A DNA stretch of 64,000 nt from Candidatus Heimdallarchaeota archaeon (lineage in GTDB: Archaea > Asgardarchaeota > Heimdallarchaeia > JABLTI01), in contig JABCTZ010000017.1 in assembly GCA_018238155.1 (NCBI GenBank), forward strand, positions 1 through 64,000, given 5' to 3'. Positions 10,950 through 20,627 of this stretch are shown here, piece after piece. The position numbers were made by a program, and so were the translations under genes. The notes beneath the pieces are model-generated. The model worked only from the letters and a program-made list of their open reading frames with translations. It had not been told where the DNA came from and did not search any database. The stretch's first letter is position 1, and each line of letters begins with the position of its first letter.

Positions 10950-11783
10950 TTAGAAACGACAATTTTTTGTCCAAGTTGCGGTACTGCTAACCGCGATGAT
11001 ATAGCAGTTTGCTCTGAATGTGGTAGTGTTATTCCTAAATTAGCTGATGATGAGATTACTTCTAATAACCAATCCTCTCCTGCTGATTTCGGCATAATTG
11101 AAGATTCTCCACGTTCAACAGTTCCCAATGATTATCCTCTTCCTCCCCCTCCTCCTGGATATACACTTCCTCCTTCTTCTAGCGGTACTCCTACAAATAC
11201 TCGTCGAGGTTTTGTAAAAGCAGGATCTAAAATTGTTTGTGATCGATGTGGTACTGTTTTACATTCTGATGATAGACAATGCTCTGGATGTGGAAATCCT
11301 ATTCAATCTACAGCAAATCGTACTGCAGAACCTTATCCAACTCCTCCACCCCCACAAAAATCTCCAATTCAACCATATCCACCTCCACAACAACAAAAAC
11401 GACCTCCCCCTCAACAAATAGATAGAAAGAAAGGTAATTTTGCTAAGTGTGCTAAATGTGGTACTATTGTGTATGATTATGAAACTAGATGTAATAACTG
11501 TGGACGAGTTCTATCTCCTCCTAAACCCACAAATAAATCAAAATCGGTTGATACCACACCTAAAAGAGCTCCTCTTGGAACTGCTCAATGTGAACGTTGT
11601 AATGCATTAGTCTTTCCACATCAATCGGTATGTCCAAATTGTAGTAAACCTCTTGCTACAGTATCCTCTGAACAATCTAGAGGTTCTGGACAAAGAGTTT
11701 CTCGGTGCCGACGTTGTGGTCATACTGTGTATCCTACTGATACTATTTGCTCAAATTGTGGGAGAGATTTAGATGCCTTATAG
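10950..11783 (+). CDS. Five-zinc-ribbon, proline-rich protein (start uncertain, non-canonical)
   Basis: Frame open from 10950, in frame with track ORF 11469; five CxxC-x10-CxxC units with Pro-rich linkers; GAGGT at 10943-10947. Confidence 0.75.
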   Translation, partial: LETTIFCPSCGTANRDDIAVCSECGSVIPKLADDEITSNNQSSPADFGIIEDSPRSTVPNDYPLPPPPPGYTLPPSSSGTPTNTRRGFVKAGSKIVCDRCGTVLHSDDRQCSGCGNPIQSTANRTAEPYPTPPPPQKSPIQPYPPPQQQKRPPPQQIDRKKGNFAKCAKCGTIVYDYETRCNNCGRVLSPPKPTNKSKSVDTTPKRAPLGTAQCERCNALVFPHQSVCPNCSKPLATVSSEQSRGSGQRVSRCRRCGHTVYPTDTICSNCGRDLDAL

Positions 11784-11945
11784 TTCCATTATTCTCTATG
11801 GTTTTATTTTACTCTCTTCAAAAACAATTTCTTGCTCCTATTCAGAAAAATCTTTTCTTCAACATTTTCAAAATGAAATAAATAGAACAAGAAAATGAAC
11901 GAAAAGAAGAAGGAAAAAAATAAAAAAACGAAAGAGGATAAAAGC

Positions 11946-14786
11946 TTAAATGGTCTTTAACGTTCCTCCAATTTTCTTGCGGGAATTTATTATTATTGGA
12001 ATTATCGTACTTATTAATCCACAACCAAATATTACCAATGTTGTCCAAGCAATATTTCCTAATGGAAAGATATTTTCATGTGGTGGGAAAACCGATCCAA
12101 TTCTCAATACCTTCATTATCATTACTGAAGTACCAAAACCAAGGCTCACACCCACAATCATCGTAAAGATTAGTACAATCAATGCTTCTGAAAAGAAAAA
12201 CGTGAATAATTGTCTGAAGTTAATACCCATTGATTTCATGACTGCTAATTCTTTTTCTCGTTCGATTGCTTGTATTGTCATCATTATCATTAAAGTAGCT
12301 GCTGAGATCAGCATTGAAATTATGAAACTTGTGTTTAGAGAACCGAAGAGAACTGTTGCTTTCAGTGTTCCTGTTGAGATTAGTAACATGTCTTCAACAT
12401 TGACAGTATCATGTTTTATAGCTGTTTTGATAGTTTGTGCTACTTCACTAATACTGTATCCCTCTTTTACTTTTACAAATAATTTCCCTTGAATATCACT
12501 TTGAAATCTAGATATGTGACTAAGTAACGAGATATTTGCAATCAATCCAATATGGATTTCCTTTGAAATTGTTGATGGTTGAACAGTATACAGTGTAGGC
12601 CAGTATTCATAAAAGTTCACAAAATTGACAGGGTATTTCAGCATTACAACATCTGCGCCTACGTCTGCCCAATTTTCCATTACAAAGGTTGAATTGTCTC
12701 CTAAATTAAGGAGTTCCATTTGATCTTTTTGTCCAATTACATCAGTAAAATTGGTTATTGACTGTAGTACATTCTCAATTTGCCGTCCATTTGTATATTC
12801 ATCTTCTTGATAAGCTACCTTTGAGAAATTATCCAGCTCTATACCAAGAATTTTTATTGTATATACTAAATCACTTTCAGAATTGGAAAGCTCCAATATT
12901 CCAACATATGTTGATGCTTCCACTCCCTCTATTGCTTCTACAGTTTGTTTATAAGTCGGATTTAGAATATCTAACTGATTTACAACAATATCTGAACCTA
13001 GGGTATAGTAAGCATTCTCTAAATCATACGCCCTATAAGAGTCTGGTATGATAATCGTTGCTACTGTTAAAGTGAATGTAATTGTCATTAATATTATCGT
13101 TCTGTTTGTTGAACCCTTCCTTCTGAGAGCATTTCTTGCTGAAACAGCACTAATTTCCATTTTTGGAATTTTGAAGAGTAGATCTGAAAAGAGCTTTATA
13201 ATTGTTGGATAAATTCTCGTTGAAAGCATTACTGTTCCGGTAATAATTAATATTGGAGCCGGTGCTGCAAAGAAGAATGCAAACTCAACTGCTTTATCGG
13301 ATGAACCTCCGATATTAGATGAAGCTAATATCCATAGGACGATGCCAATGATTAAAATAAAAATATCAATATAGAACCGTTCCCAGAAAGGACTTTTTTC
13401 TACTCGCTCTTGAGTGGCTTCGTCAATAGTTGTTTTTGTTCTTTTCCAAAGGGAAAAGATATTTGAGAAGATTGCAATACCAAAGCCTATTCCTAGACAA
13501 ATAAGAGTTATCCAAATACTTGGTATTGATATTGCTGCTGTTCCTCCAAATGAGAAGAATCCATCACTTTTTTGTGCAACCATTGTATATGGCCAACCAA
13601 TTAGAAAACCAATTACTACTGCTAAGAAAGCATAGATAATAAGCTCAAAAATCATAAATAAGAAGAGCTTGTCTCTTGAAGCTCCACGTTGATGCAAATT
13701 ATTTATGTGTAGATCTCTCTGTTTTTTAACTTGATTTGTAGCAAAGGCTGTTAAAGCAAGCGAAATTCCTAAAGTTGGAAGCATGAATAATAGGATAAAA
13801 ATCTGAAATATACGATATTCTTGTTTAAATGTAGAAAGAAGGGGAATGATTCTAGAATTAATATCTAATTCATAATTCGTACCTCCTTTAATGATTACTA
13901 ATAGAGATTCTTGAAGATTATTTACCGTGATTTGCAAATCGTCAATTATTTTATCCAAGTCAAAAACATTGAATTCTGGTAAATTGAAAAGAACTCTCCC
14001 TGATATAGAAATATCATCTCTTGAACGATTAATATAATTAACAGTATTGATACAAGTAGACATATCAGTAATTATTATCTCAGAACCTAATGAGAAAGCC
14101 ATTGAGATTAATGTTTGTAGTTCTGTTGGAAGTTCGATGCTCCCAAAAGCAATTTCATCAAAATTGATTATCCCTGCAAAATCAATAGTAATACCAGCTT
14201 CCCCTAAACCATAGCTGAATGAAATGTAAGGATTACGTGATTCTTCTACAGGGACATATATTTCAAAAGTATCATTTACGTTTAGATTTGTCTCTTCCAT
14301 TGTTTGGGAATTTGTGATGATAACCGCTTCTCCATTCCCAGGTGCACTTCCTTCAGTAATTAATGGAGCAAGTTCAGCAAGATAAAGGGGGTCTATTCCT
14401 ATCAGGAACGTATCATGAAATTCATTTTCGTGATATATATCATTATATAACATCAGAAAGAAATCTTTGTATGTAAACCATTCTTGGTTATATAATTCTT
14501 CTTCAAAATCCACTTTTTCCATTTGCGTATCAACAGATAATTCAATCTGAGTAACAATCCCCGTAGCAGAGGTACTAATATGGTTCATATCTATATCTAT
14601 GTACGTCTCAGCTGTATTACTGGAAAATTCATTGAATGCATTCTCTCTAAAACTATTTAGAAATAAAATGTTTTGGGTTATCATAGCTATGCTAATACTC
14701 AATCCAATAACAGTAATTATTGCTAATCTCTTACTGAACCCTATAAACTTCATATTTAATTTAATGTGTTCCCAGAATGTTCCCAT
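11946..14786 (-). CDS. FtsX/MacB-like ABC transporter permease with two FtsX repeats
   Basis: LHQRGASRDKL and EREKELAVMKSMGI motifs, many TM helices, large extracytoplasmic loops. Confidence 0.85.
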   Translation of the reverse strand: MGTFWEHIKLNMKFIGFSKRLAIITVIGLSISIAMITQNILFLNSFRENAFNEFSSNTAETYIDIDMNHISTSATGIVTQIELSVDTQMEKVDFEEELYNQEWFTYKDFFLMLYNDIYHENEFHDTFLIGIDPLYLAELAPLITEGSAPGNGEAVIITNSQTMEETNLNVNDTFEIYVPVEESRNPYISFSYGLGEAGITIDFAGIINFDEIAFGSIELPTELQTLISMAFSLGSEIIITDMSTCINTVNYINRSRDDISISGRVLFNLPEFNVFDLDKIIDDLQITVNNLQESLLVIIKGGTNYELDINSRIIPLLSTFKQEYRIFQIFILLFMLPTLGISLALTAFATNQVKKQRDLHINNLHQRGASRDKLFLFMIFELIIYAFLAVVIGFLIGWPYTMVAQKSDGFFSFGGTAAISIPSIWITLICLGIGFGIAIFSNIFSLWKRTKTTIDEATQERVEKSPFWERFYIDIFILIIGIVLWILASSNIGGSSDKAVEFAFFFAAPAPILIITGTVMLSTRIYPTIIKLFSDLLFKIPKMEISAVSARNALRRKGSTNRTIILMTITFTLTVATIIIPDSYRAYDLENAYYTLGSDIVVNQLDILNPTYKQTVEAIEGVEASTYVGILELSNSESDLVYTIKILGIELDNFSKVAYQEDEYTNGRQIENVLQSITNFTDVIGQKDQMELLNLGDNSTFVMENWADVGADVVMLKYPVNFVNFYEYWPTLYTVQPSTISKEIHIGLIANISLLSHISRFQSDIQGKLFVKVKEGYSISEVAQTIKTAIKHDTVNVEDMLLISTGTLKATVLFGSLNTSFIISMLISAATLMIMMTIQAIEREKELAVMKSMGINFRQLFTFFFSEALIVLIFTMIVGVSLGFGTSVMIMKVLRIGSVFPPHENIFPLGNIAWTTLVIFGCGLISTIIPIIINSRKKIGGTLKTI

Positions 14787-14970
14787 TGATATCAGCTCAG
14801 AGTGATATTACACTCAATCTACGTTTAAATTGTAAAATCCCATTTAAAGTATTATTACTAATCTAAGAAAGCATTTTCTCCATGAGGATATTATAAAGAT
14901 TGGAAAAAAATTGTAAAAGCAAAAATTGGTTGGATTAAAGTCCACCAATCTTTGTCTTTAAAAAGAAAAA

Positions 14971-15387
14971 CTATTTTTTCTTCAAGTGGTTAGGATAATT
15001 TTTAGGTCTAAATTTGAAACCATAGGTAATAACACCTTCATCTCCTTCAGATGAAATTTTTCTGAAAGAGAATTCTACTGGCATTCCAATTTCAACATCA
15101 CCTTCTTCCACAGCAACAAGCTGTGTTGTTAATTTTGGACCTTCATCCAGTTCAACAATAGCTAAACAATATGGTATTCTATTATTGAACCCCTTAGGTG
15201 GTGTATAGACCCATGAATAGGTTGCGACTTTCCCTGTTCCAGAGAAGTTGTAATTTTCTAATTCATTAGTATTGCAATCTAGGCATCTATTACGGCCTGG
15301 GAAGTAATATTTCCCACATTTTTGGCACTTTGATCCTTCAAGACTGTAAAGCGCTCTTCTGTTTCTCCAAGTACGTGGTACGGACAT
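14971..15387 (-). CDS. DUF35 Zn-ribbon/OB-fold protein (thiolase-HMGCS scaffold)
   Basis: CQKCG..FPGR..CLDC plus OB-fold; context with thiolase and HMGCS. Confidence 0.9.
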   Translation of the reverse strand: MSVPRTWRNRRALYSLEGSKCQKCGKYYFPGRNRCLDCNTNELENYNFSGTGKVATYSWVYTPPKGFNNRIPYCLAIVELDEGPKLTTQLVAVEEGDVEIGMPVEFSFRKISSEGDEGVITYGFKFRPKNYPNHLKKK

Positions 15388-15390
15388 TTT

Positions 15391-16554
15391 TTAAGCACCT
15401 CTTGAAAAGACGTTTATGACACATGAAGCTCCAGAACCGCCGATATTTTGTGTCACACCAATGTCGTTCTTTGACACTTGTCTTTTACCTGCTTCATTTC
15501 GCAATTGATGGAACATCTCAATAACTTGATAGATACCTGTTGCACCTACCGGATGACCCTTTGATTTGAGTCCGCCACTAGGATTAACAGAAATGGTACT
15601 ATTTAGTGCTGTTTCTCCATCTAGAGAGAATTTTCCACCTTTCCCAACTTTGCAAAATCCAAGATCTTCAAGAGTAATTACTTCTGCAACAGTAAAGCAA
15701 TCATGGACTTCTATAAAATCAATGTCTTTTGGAGTGATCTTGGCCATTTTGAAAGCTGTTTCTGCAGCTCTTTTGGTTGCTTGTAGTGAAGTTAAGCTTT
15801 CTCGTTGATGGAGTGCTATATGATCTGTTCCTGCACCTGATCCTTTAATGTAAATAGGATCATCAGTGTATTTCTTAGCAACATCTTTTGCTGTAAGAAT
15901 GACAGCTGCTGCTCCATCGCTTACTGGTGAACAATCAAATAATCTAACAGGTTCAGCAATCATTCTCGAATTCATTACTGTCTCCATTGTCACTACTTTT
16001 CTAAATTGTGCATCGGGATTTAGTGAACCATTTTTATGATTTTTAACTGATACACTGGCAAATTCTTCCAAGGTGCTACCGTATTGATGCATGTGAGCTC
16101 GCATTATTAGTGCATAGAGTGCTGGAAAAGTAGCTCCTATACCAAGTTCCCATTCGCCATCTGATGCAGTTCCTAATGCAGTAGTAACATCTCCAATATC
16201 AATAAGATCGGTCATTTTCTCTACACCAACAACTAAAGCCGTTTCATAGAAACCAGCGTTAATTGCCATCATTGCAACTCGTAATGCTGACCCACCACTT
16301 GCACAAGCATTTTCAACTCGTATTGCCGGAGCGTTAATACCTGAATGTGGTCCTATTAATGCAGCTAAATGTTCTTGTTGGTTAAATATTCCTGAGGACA
16401 TAGATCCCACAAAAGTGGCTCCTATTTCTTTAGGATCAATATTAGCTGATTGAACAGCTTTTGATATAGCTTCATCCGTTAATTCACGAAGGCTGCTATC
16501 ATACCATTCTCCGATTTTGGTGTTTCCTACACCTACAACTGCTGTCTCTTTCAT
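15391..16554 (-). CDS. Acetyl-CoA acetyltransferase (archaeal thiolase)
   Basis: ENACASG, EVHDCFT, KGHPVGATG. Confidence 0.92.
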   Translation of the reverse strand: MKETAVVGVGNTKIGEWYDSSLRELTDEAISKAVQSANIDPKEIGATFVGSMSSGIFNQQEHLAALIGPHSGINAPAIRVENACASGGSALRVAMMAINAGFYETALVVGVEKMTDLIDIGDVTTALGTASDGEWELGIGATFPALYALIMRAHMHQYGSTLEEFASVSVKNHKNGSLNPDAQFRKVVTMETVMNSRMIAEPVRLFDCSPVSDGAAAVILTAKDVAKKYTDDPIYIKGSGAGTDHIALHQRESLTSLQATKRAAETAFKMAKITPKDIDFIEVHDCFTVAEVITLEDLGFCKVGKGGKFSLDGETALNSTISVNPSGGLKSKGHPVGATGIYQVIEMFHQLRNEAGKRQVSKNDIGVTQNIGGSGASCVINVFSRGA

Positions 16555-16568
16555 ATGCTCTCTTCCTC

Positions 16569-17645
16569 CTAGTGTATCTTAATTTTGCCTCTATGTTTCG
16601 TATAGAAAGCATAGTCTAAGTATTGTTTATGGTCGAGATAATTTTGCACCGTTGGTACAATGCCTCTGTGTTTCTCGATTTCATCAGTTATTGTGTAGAT
16701 AAATGCATCACTACCAGAACCCGATCCATAGGAAACCATTAGTATTCTATCACCGGATTTGGCGATATCAAGAACTGCTGCTAAACCAATCATCGAAGAT
16801 GCGGAATAAGTATTTCCAATATATTTCACCGTAAGGCTTGGTTCAACTTTCTCCTTCGGAAAACCCAACATTTTAGCAGTAGCTAAAGGAAATTTTGAAT
16901 TTGGTTCATGAAAAACCACATAATCAAAATCATCAGGTGTTGTATTAGTATGTTTCATTATGTTCTTTGCTGCAGCTATTACATGTCTGAAATAAGCTGG
17001 TTCTCCAGTAAATCTTCCACCATGAGAGGGGTACGTTGCTCCTTCTCTTCTCCAGAAATCTGGAGTATCAGTGGTATAACTTTCTGTGTGGTCAATAGTT
17101 GCAATAACATTTTCATTGCCAAGAAGTAATGCACATGCTCCTGCACTTGCGGTATATTCAAGTGCATCGCTTGGTCTGCCCTGGGAACAATCTGCTCCAA
17201 TAGCCAATCCAACTTTTATTAGGTTGCTTTTCACCATTCCAAGACACATTTGGATTCCTGCCGTTCCAGCTTTGCAAGCAAATTCAAGATCTGCTGCAGT
17301 GGTAATTGGAGTAATCCCATTTGCTTCTGCAACAATAGTTGCAGTTGGTTTAACAGCATAAGGATGACTTTCGGAACCAACATAAACTGCTTCTATGTCG
17401 TCTGGGTTAGTGTTAGCCATTTTTATAGCATTACGTGAGGCTTCAACAGAAATTGTTATTGTGTCTTCATCCATATCAGGAATACTCTTTTCGAGAACAC
17501 CAAGACCTTTTTTCACTGCTTCTCCTGGTTGCCCCCAAATTCGAGCAATTTCTTCCACTTTTATTCTAAAGCGAGGAATATAGACACCATATCCTATTAT
17601 TCCCGTTTTGTCTTTTTTAGTCAATAGTTGTGACCTCATATTCAT
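16569..17645 (-). CDS. Hydroxymethylglutaryl-CoA synthase (archaeal)
   Basis: GSESHPYAVKP, EFACKAG, GNTYSAS, SYGSG. Confidence 0.95.
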   Translation of the reverse strand: MNMRSQLLTKKDKTGIIGYGVYIPRFRIKVEEIARIWGQPGEAVKKGLGVLEKSIPDMDEDTITISVEASRNAIKMANTNPDDIEAVYVGSESHPYAVKPTATIVAEANGITPITTAADLEFACKAGTAGIQMCLGMVKSNLIKVGLAIGADCSQGRPSDALEYTASAGACALLLGNENVIATIDHTESYTTDTPDFWRREGATYPSHGGRFTGEPAYFRHVIAAAKNIMKHTNTTPDDFDYVVFHEPNSKFPLATAKMLGFPKEKVEPSLTVKYIGNTYSASSMIGLAAVLDIAKSGDRILMVSYGSGSGSDAFIYTITDEIEKHRGIVPTVQNYLDHKQYLDYAFYTKHRGKIKIH

Positions 17646-17988
17646 TTGCGACCCAAAAAACAGTTACATTAGCATAACTGCCTTCCAAATCTTTTAACTC
17701 TACAGAGATAGAATATAAACGCCGATTTCTTTCTTTAATGTTCTATATTAGTTTTCCCTCATTGTTTGATATTGTTTAAGGTTCTCTAATAGTACAGTAA
17801 AAAAAGCTCACTCGAAAAATGCATAATACAAAGTGTTTTTTAATTCAAATGTAAATAATCTTTTTAGATATAAATTTGTAATGAAAAATTTGACTAATTA
17901 TGACTAATTTCATTTCATTGTTAGATACTTATCTATGTAATTAATAGAAAGTCAAGTTTTCCATTGAAAATATAATTGAGGCTTCCTT

Positions 17989-20289
17989 ATGAAAAAAAGT
18001 AAATTAATAACAATCTGTTTCTTTATTTTGTTTACTTTTCCCATAATCTTCAATGTTTATGCAACAAATACACCTACATTTGAATTCACTCCACAGAGAA
18101 GAGCTACTTATAATCCATTTGTAGAAGTAAATGCCGCATTAGACAAAAATGGGAATAAAATTGATGATCAATTAGAACAAATTGTTTCAAAAGGTTTTAC
18201 TAGCACCTATTATGATACCATCGTTACTTTTGATGAACCTGTTAATAATGCAATAATCAAAAGTATTGAAGCTGTTGGAGGAGTTATCCTTTCAACTTGG
18301 ACTTTAATAAATGGTGCAGCAGTAAGAATAAAATCGACAGATCTTACAGCACTATCAACAATAGCTGAAGTAAGTTTTGTTGCAAGAAATGCACGCACTC
18401 GTGCAAAGCTAAGTACTAGCGTTCCACAAATCAATGTTCGTCCGTATGTTTGGGATACACTTGGTTACGAAGGTGATTCAGGTACTACAATTGCAATCCT
18501 TGATACCGGAGTAGACGATATTCATTCCGATCTCTCAGGTAAAGTTTCCTATTGGAAGGATTTCATTGGTGCTGACGTTAGCGCTGGTGGTGATTTATAC
18601 GTAACTGCAACAGATAAAAATGGTCATGGAACTCATTGTTCAAGTATAGCGGTAGGTAGTGGTGCAGCTGGCGGTACAGCTTCAACTGTAGAGGTAACTG
18701 GTACACTTGGAGTATCTACGACTCTGGCTGGTGGTAGTGGTTATGTTGTTTATATTGAAGTCGAGTCTACAGGCACTGTTACTGTTGATTTCCAATGGGA
18801 AGAAGAACCGGGTCCTTCAGCTGCTGGTGATACAATGTTCGTTATGATTGATGTTGATAATAATGGAGCATTTGATGATGCTTATGTTACAGTTGATTAT
18901 GACAGTCAACCTGGTTCAATAACCACTGGATCATTAACTCCTGGTTTTTATCCGATGCTAATTGGTGCTCAATCAGATAGCGAAATTGATCGCTGTGCAA
19001 TTATCTATACAATAACAAGACCCGCTTCATCAACATCGGATGGTAATAATAAATATCGTGGTGTTGCTCCCAGTTGCGATGTCGTTGGTTTGAAAGTGCT
19101 CGATGATTCAGGTTATGGCACTAGTGTCATTTTATTGGATGCTCTAGATTGGATAAAAGTAAATGGTCTGACATATGACATTGATGTAGTAAGTATGTCA
19201 CTAGGATTAGATGCAGTTCTTTCTGCAGTTGATACGGCAATAAATGAACTCGTTGGGTTAGGATATGTATGTGTTGTTGCAGCTGGAAATGGTTTTACAG
19301 ATGGAACAACTATTAATTCTCCTGGTACGGCAGAAAAGGCAATTACTGTAGGTGCAATTGATGATGTTGATAAAATTGCTATCTACTCCTCAAATGGTGC
19401 TGCAAGCAGTGGAAAACCAGATGTATTAGCTCCTGGTGGAGCTTATCAATACTTCCAATCAACAGATGAAGACACTCACCCTATTATTGCAGCTGATTCA
19501 AATGATGCAGATGCAATAACTGTTGGCAATCCTGATACTACATATTGGGAAACAGATGTTAATTCAAATGACTATGCAGGTTATCAAGGAACAAGTATGG
19601 CAACACCTCATATTGCCGGTTTAGTTGCTCTATTAATCGATGCAATGGGTTCAGATTGGACTCACTCAGAGGCGGATGTTCTTGAAATCAAGAATTATCT
19701 CTGTGGTACTGCTACAGAAGTAATTTATGGTGAAGAATTGAGCACTTATCATAATGAACCCATTCTAAACAGAGGCGATGCTGATTTAGTCGAAGGTTTT
19801 GGTAAAGTGCATGCCGATGCTGCAATTGAAGCATTTCTATCAACATATACTGCTGGTGCTGTCGTTACTGCAACTCTAAGTGATTCTCCCACTGGTGCTC
19901 AAAGTTGGGCAAGAAAAGTGGAACTTGTTGGTGGAATTGAATTTACAGCAGGTATTGAAATGGATGGAACTGCAGATTATGATTTATATCTCTATGATCC
20001 CTCTCAAGATATGGGTCAGTATCTTGGTTATTTAGCATCAAGCACTACAGCTGGCACAGGCATATCAGAGAACATTCTCTACACTCCCAGTTCCAATATG
20101 ACTGCTTATATCGTTATAAAGCGAGTTTCAGGAGAGGGTTCATTTACCTTACAAGCTGAAGCAACTAAAATCGGAACAACAAGTGGTGGATTTACAAACC
20201 CATTTGGAATATCTGCTTTAGCATGGATTGCTTTGGGAACTCTTGGATTAGCTAGTGTAACCTTTGCTTTTAGAAAGTTACGAAAATAA
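17989..20289 (+). CDS. Secreted membrane-anchored S8 subtilisin-like serine protease
   Basis: Signal peptide, I9-like prodomain, triad ILDTG / HGTHC / GTSMATPH, beta-rich insert, C-terminal TM plus RKLRK. Confidence 0.92.
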   Translation: MKKSKLITICFFILFTFPIIFNVYATNTPTFEFTPQRRATYNPFVEVNAALDKNGNKIDDQLEQIVSKGFTSTYYDTIVTFDEPVNNAIIKSIEAVGGVILSTWTLINGAAVRIKSTDLTALSTIAEVSFVARNARTRAKLSTSVPQINVRPYVWDTLGYEGDSGTTIAILDTGVDDIHSDLSGKVSYWKDFIGADVSAGGDLYVTATDKNGHGTHCSSIAVGSGAAGGTASTVEVTGTLGVSTTLAGGSGYVVYIEVESTGTVTVDFQWEEEPGPSAAGDTMFVMIDVDNNGAFDDAYVTVDYDSQPGSITTGSLTPGFYPMLIGAQSDSEIDRCAIIYTITRPASSTSDGNNKYRGVAPSCDVVGLKVLDDSGYGTSVILLDALDWIKVNGLTYDIDVVSMSLGLDAVLSAVDTAINELVGLGYVCVVAAGNGFTDGTTINSPGTAEKAITVGAIDDVDKIAIYSSNGAASSGKPDVLAPGGAYQYFQSTDEDTHPIIAADSNDADAITVGNPDTTYWETDVNSNDYAGYQGTSMATPHIAGLVALLIDAMGSDWTHSEADVLEIKNYLCGTATEVIYGEELSTYHNEPILNRGDADLVEGFGKVHADAAIEAFLSTYTAGAVVTATLSDSPTGAQSWARKVELVGGIEFTAGIEMDGTADYDLYLYDPSQDMGQYLGYLASSTTAGTGISENILYTPSSNMTAYIVIKRVSGEGSFTLQAEATKIGTTSGGFTNPFGISALAWIALGTLGLASVTFAFRKLRK

Positions 20290-20303
20290 TTGGAATAACC
20301 TAT

Positions 20304-20335
20304 AGAAGGATTTTTCCTTCTTTTCTCTTTTTCTT
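20304..20335 (+). terminator. Hairpin plus T-rich tract after the subtilase
   Basis: AGAAGGA-TTTT-TCCTTCT followed by pyrimidine/T run. Confidence 0.5.
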
Positions 20336-20569
20336 ATTAAACTATTTTTAATATATTACCAACTTACTTCAATATAAACAATGTATTAGACTAATGCCAA
20401 GTAACTTTAGAGAGCTGGATAAATGCTATTATGCAAATACTTTCGGCTAACTCCATTGGTATTGTTATTTAAATCGAATGAAATAGTAGAACCATTTAGT
20501 AAAATAGAAAGAAAAGAGAAATCGGGTTTAGTGTTTAATTAGGGTTTCATCTAATGAAAAGACATCTTC

Positions 20570-20590
20570 ATTAGGAGTATAGCTCCTAAT
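20570..20590. promoter_or_regulatory. Palindromic site upstream of the SMC-Ubl operon
   Basis: ATTAGGAG-TATAG-CTCCTAAT, ending 37 nt before the smc start codon. Confidence 0.4.
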
Positions 20591-20627
20591 AATTCAATTG
20601 ATGTCTGTTCGTTATGGGGTATAAATT

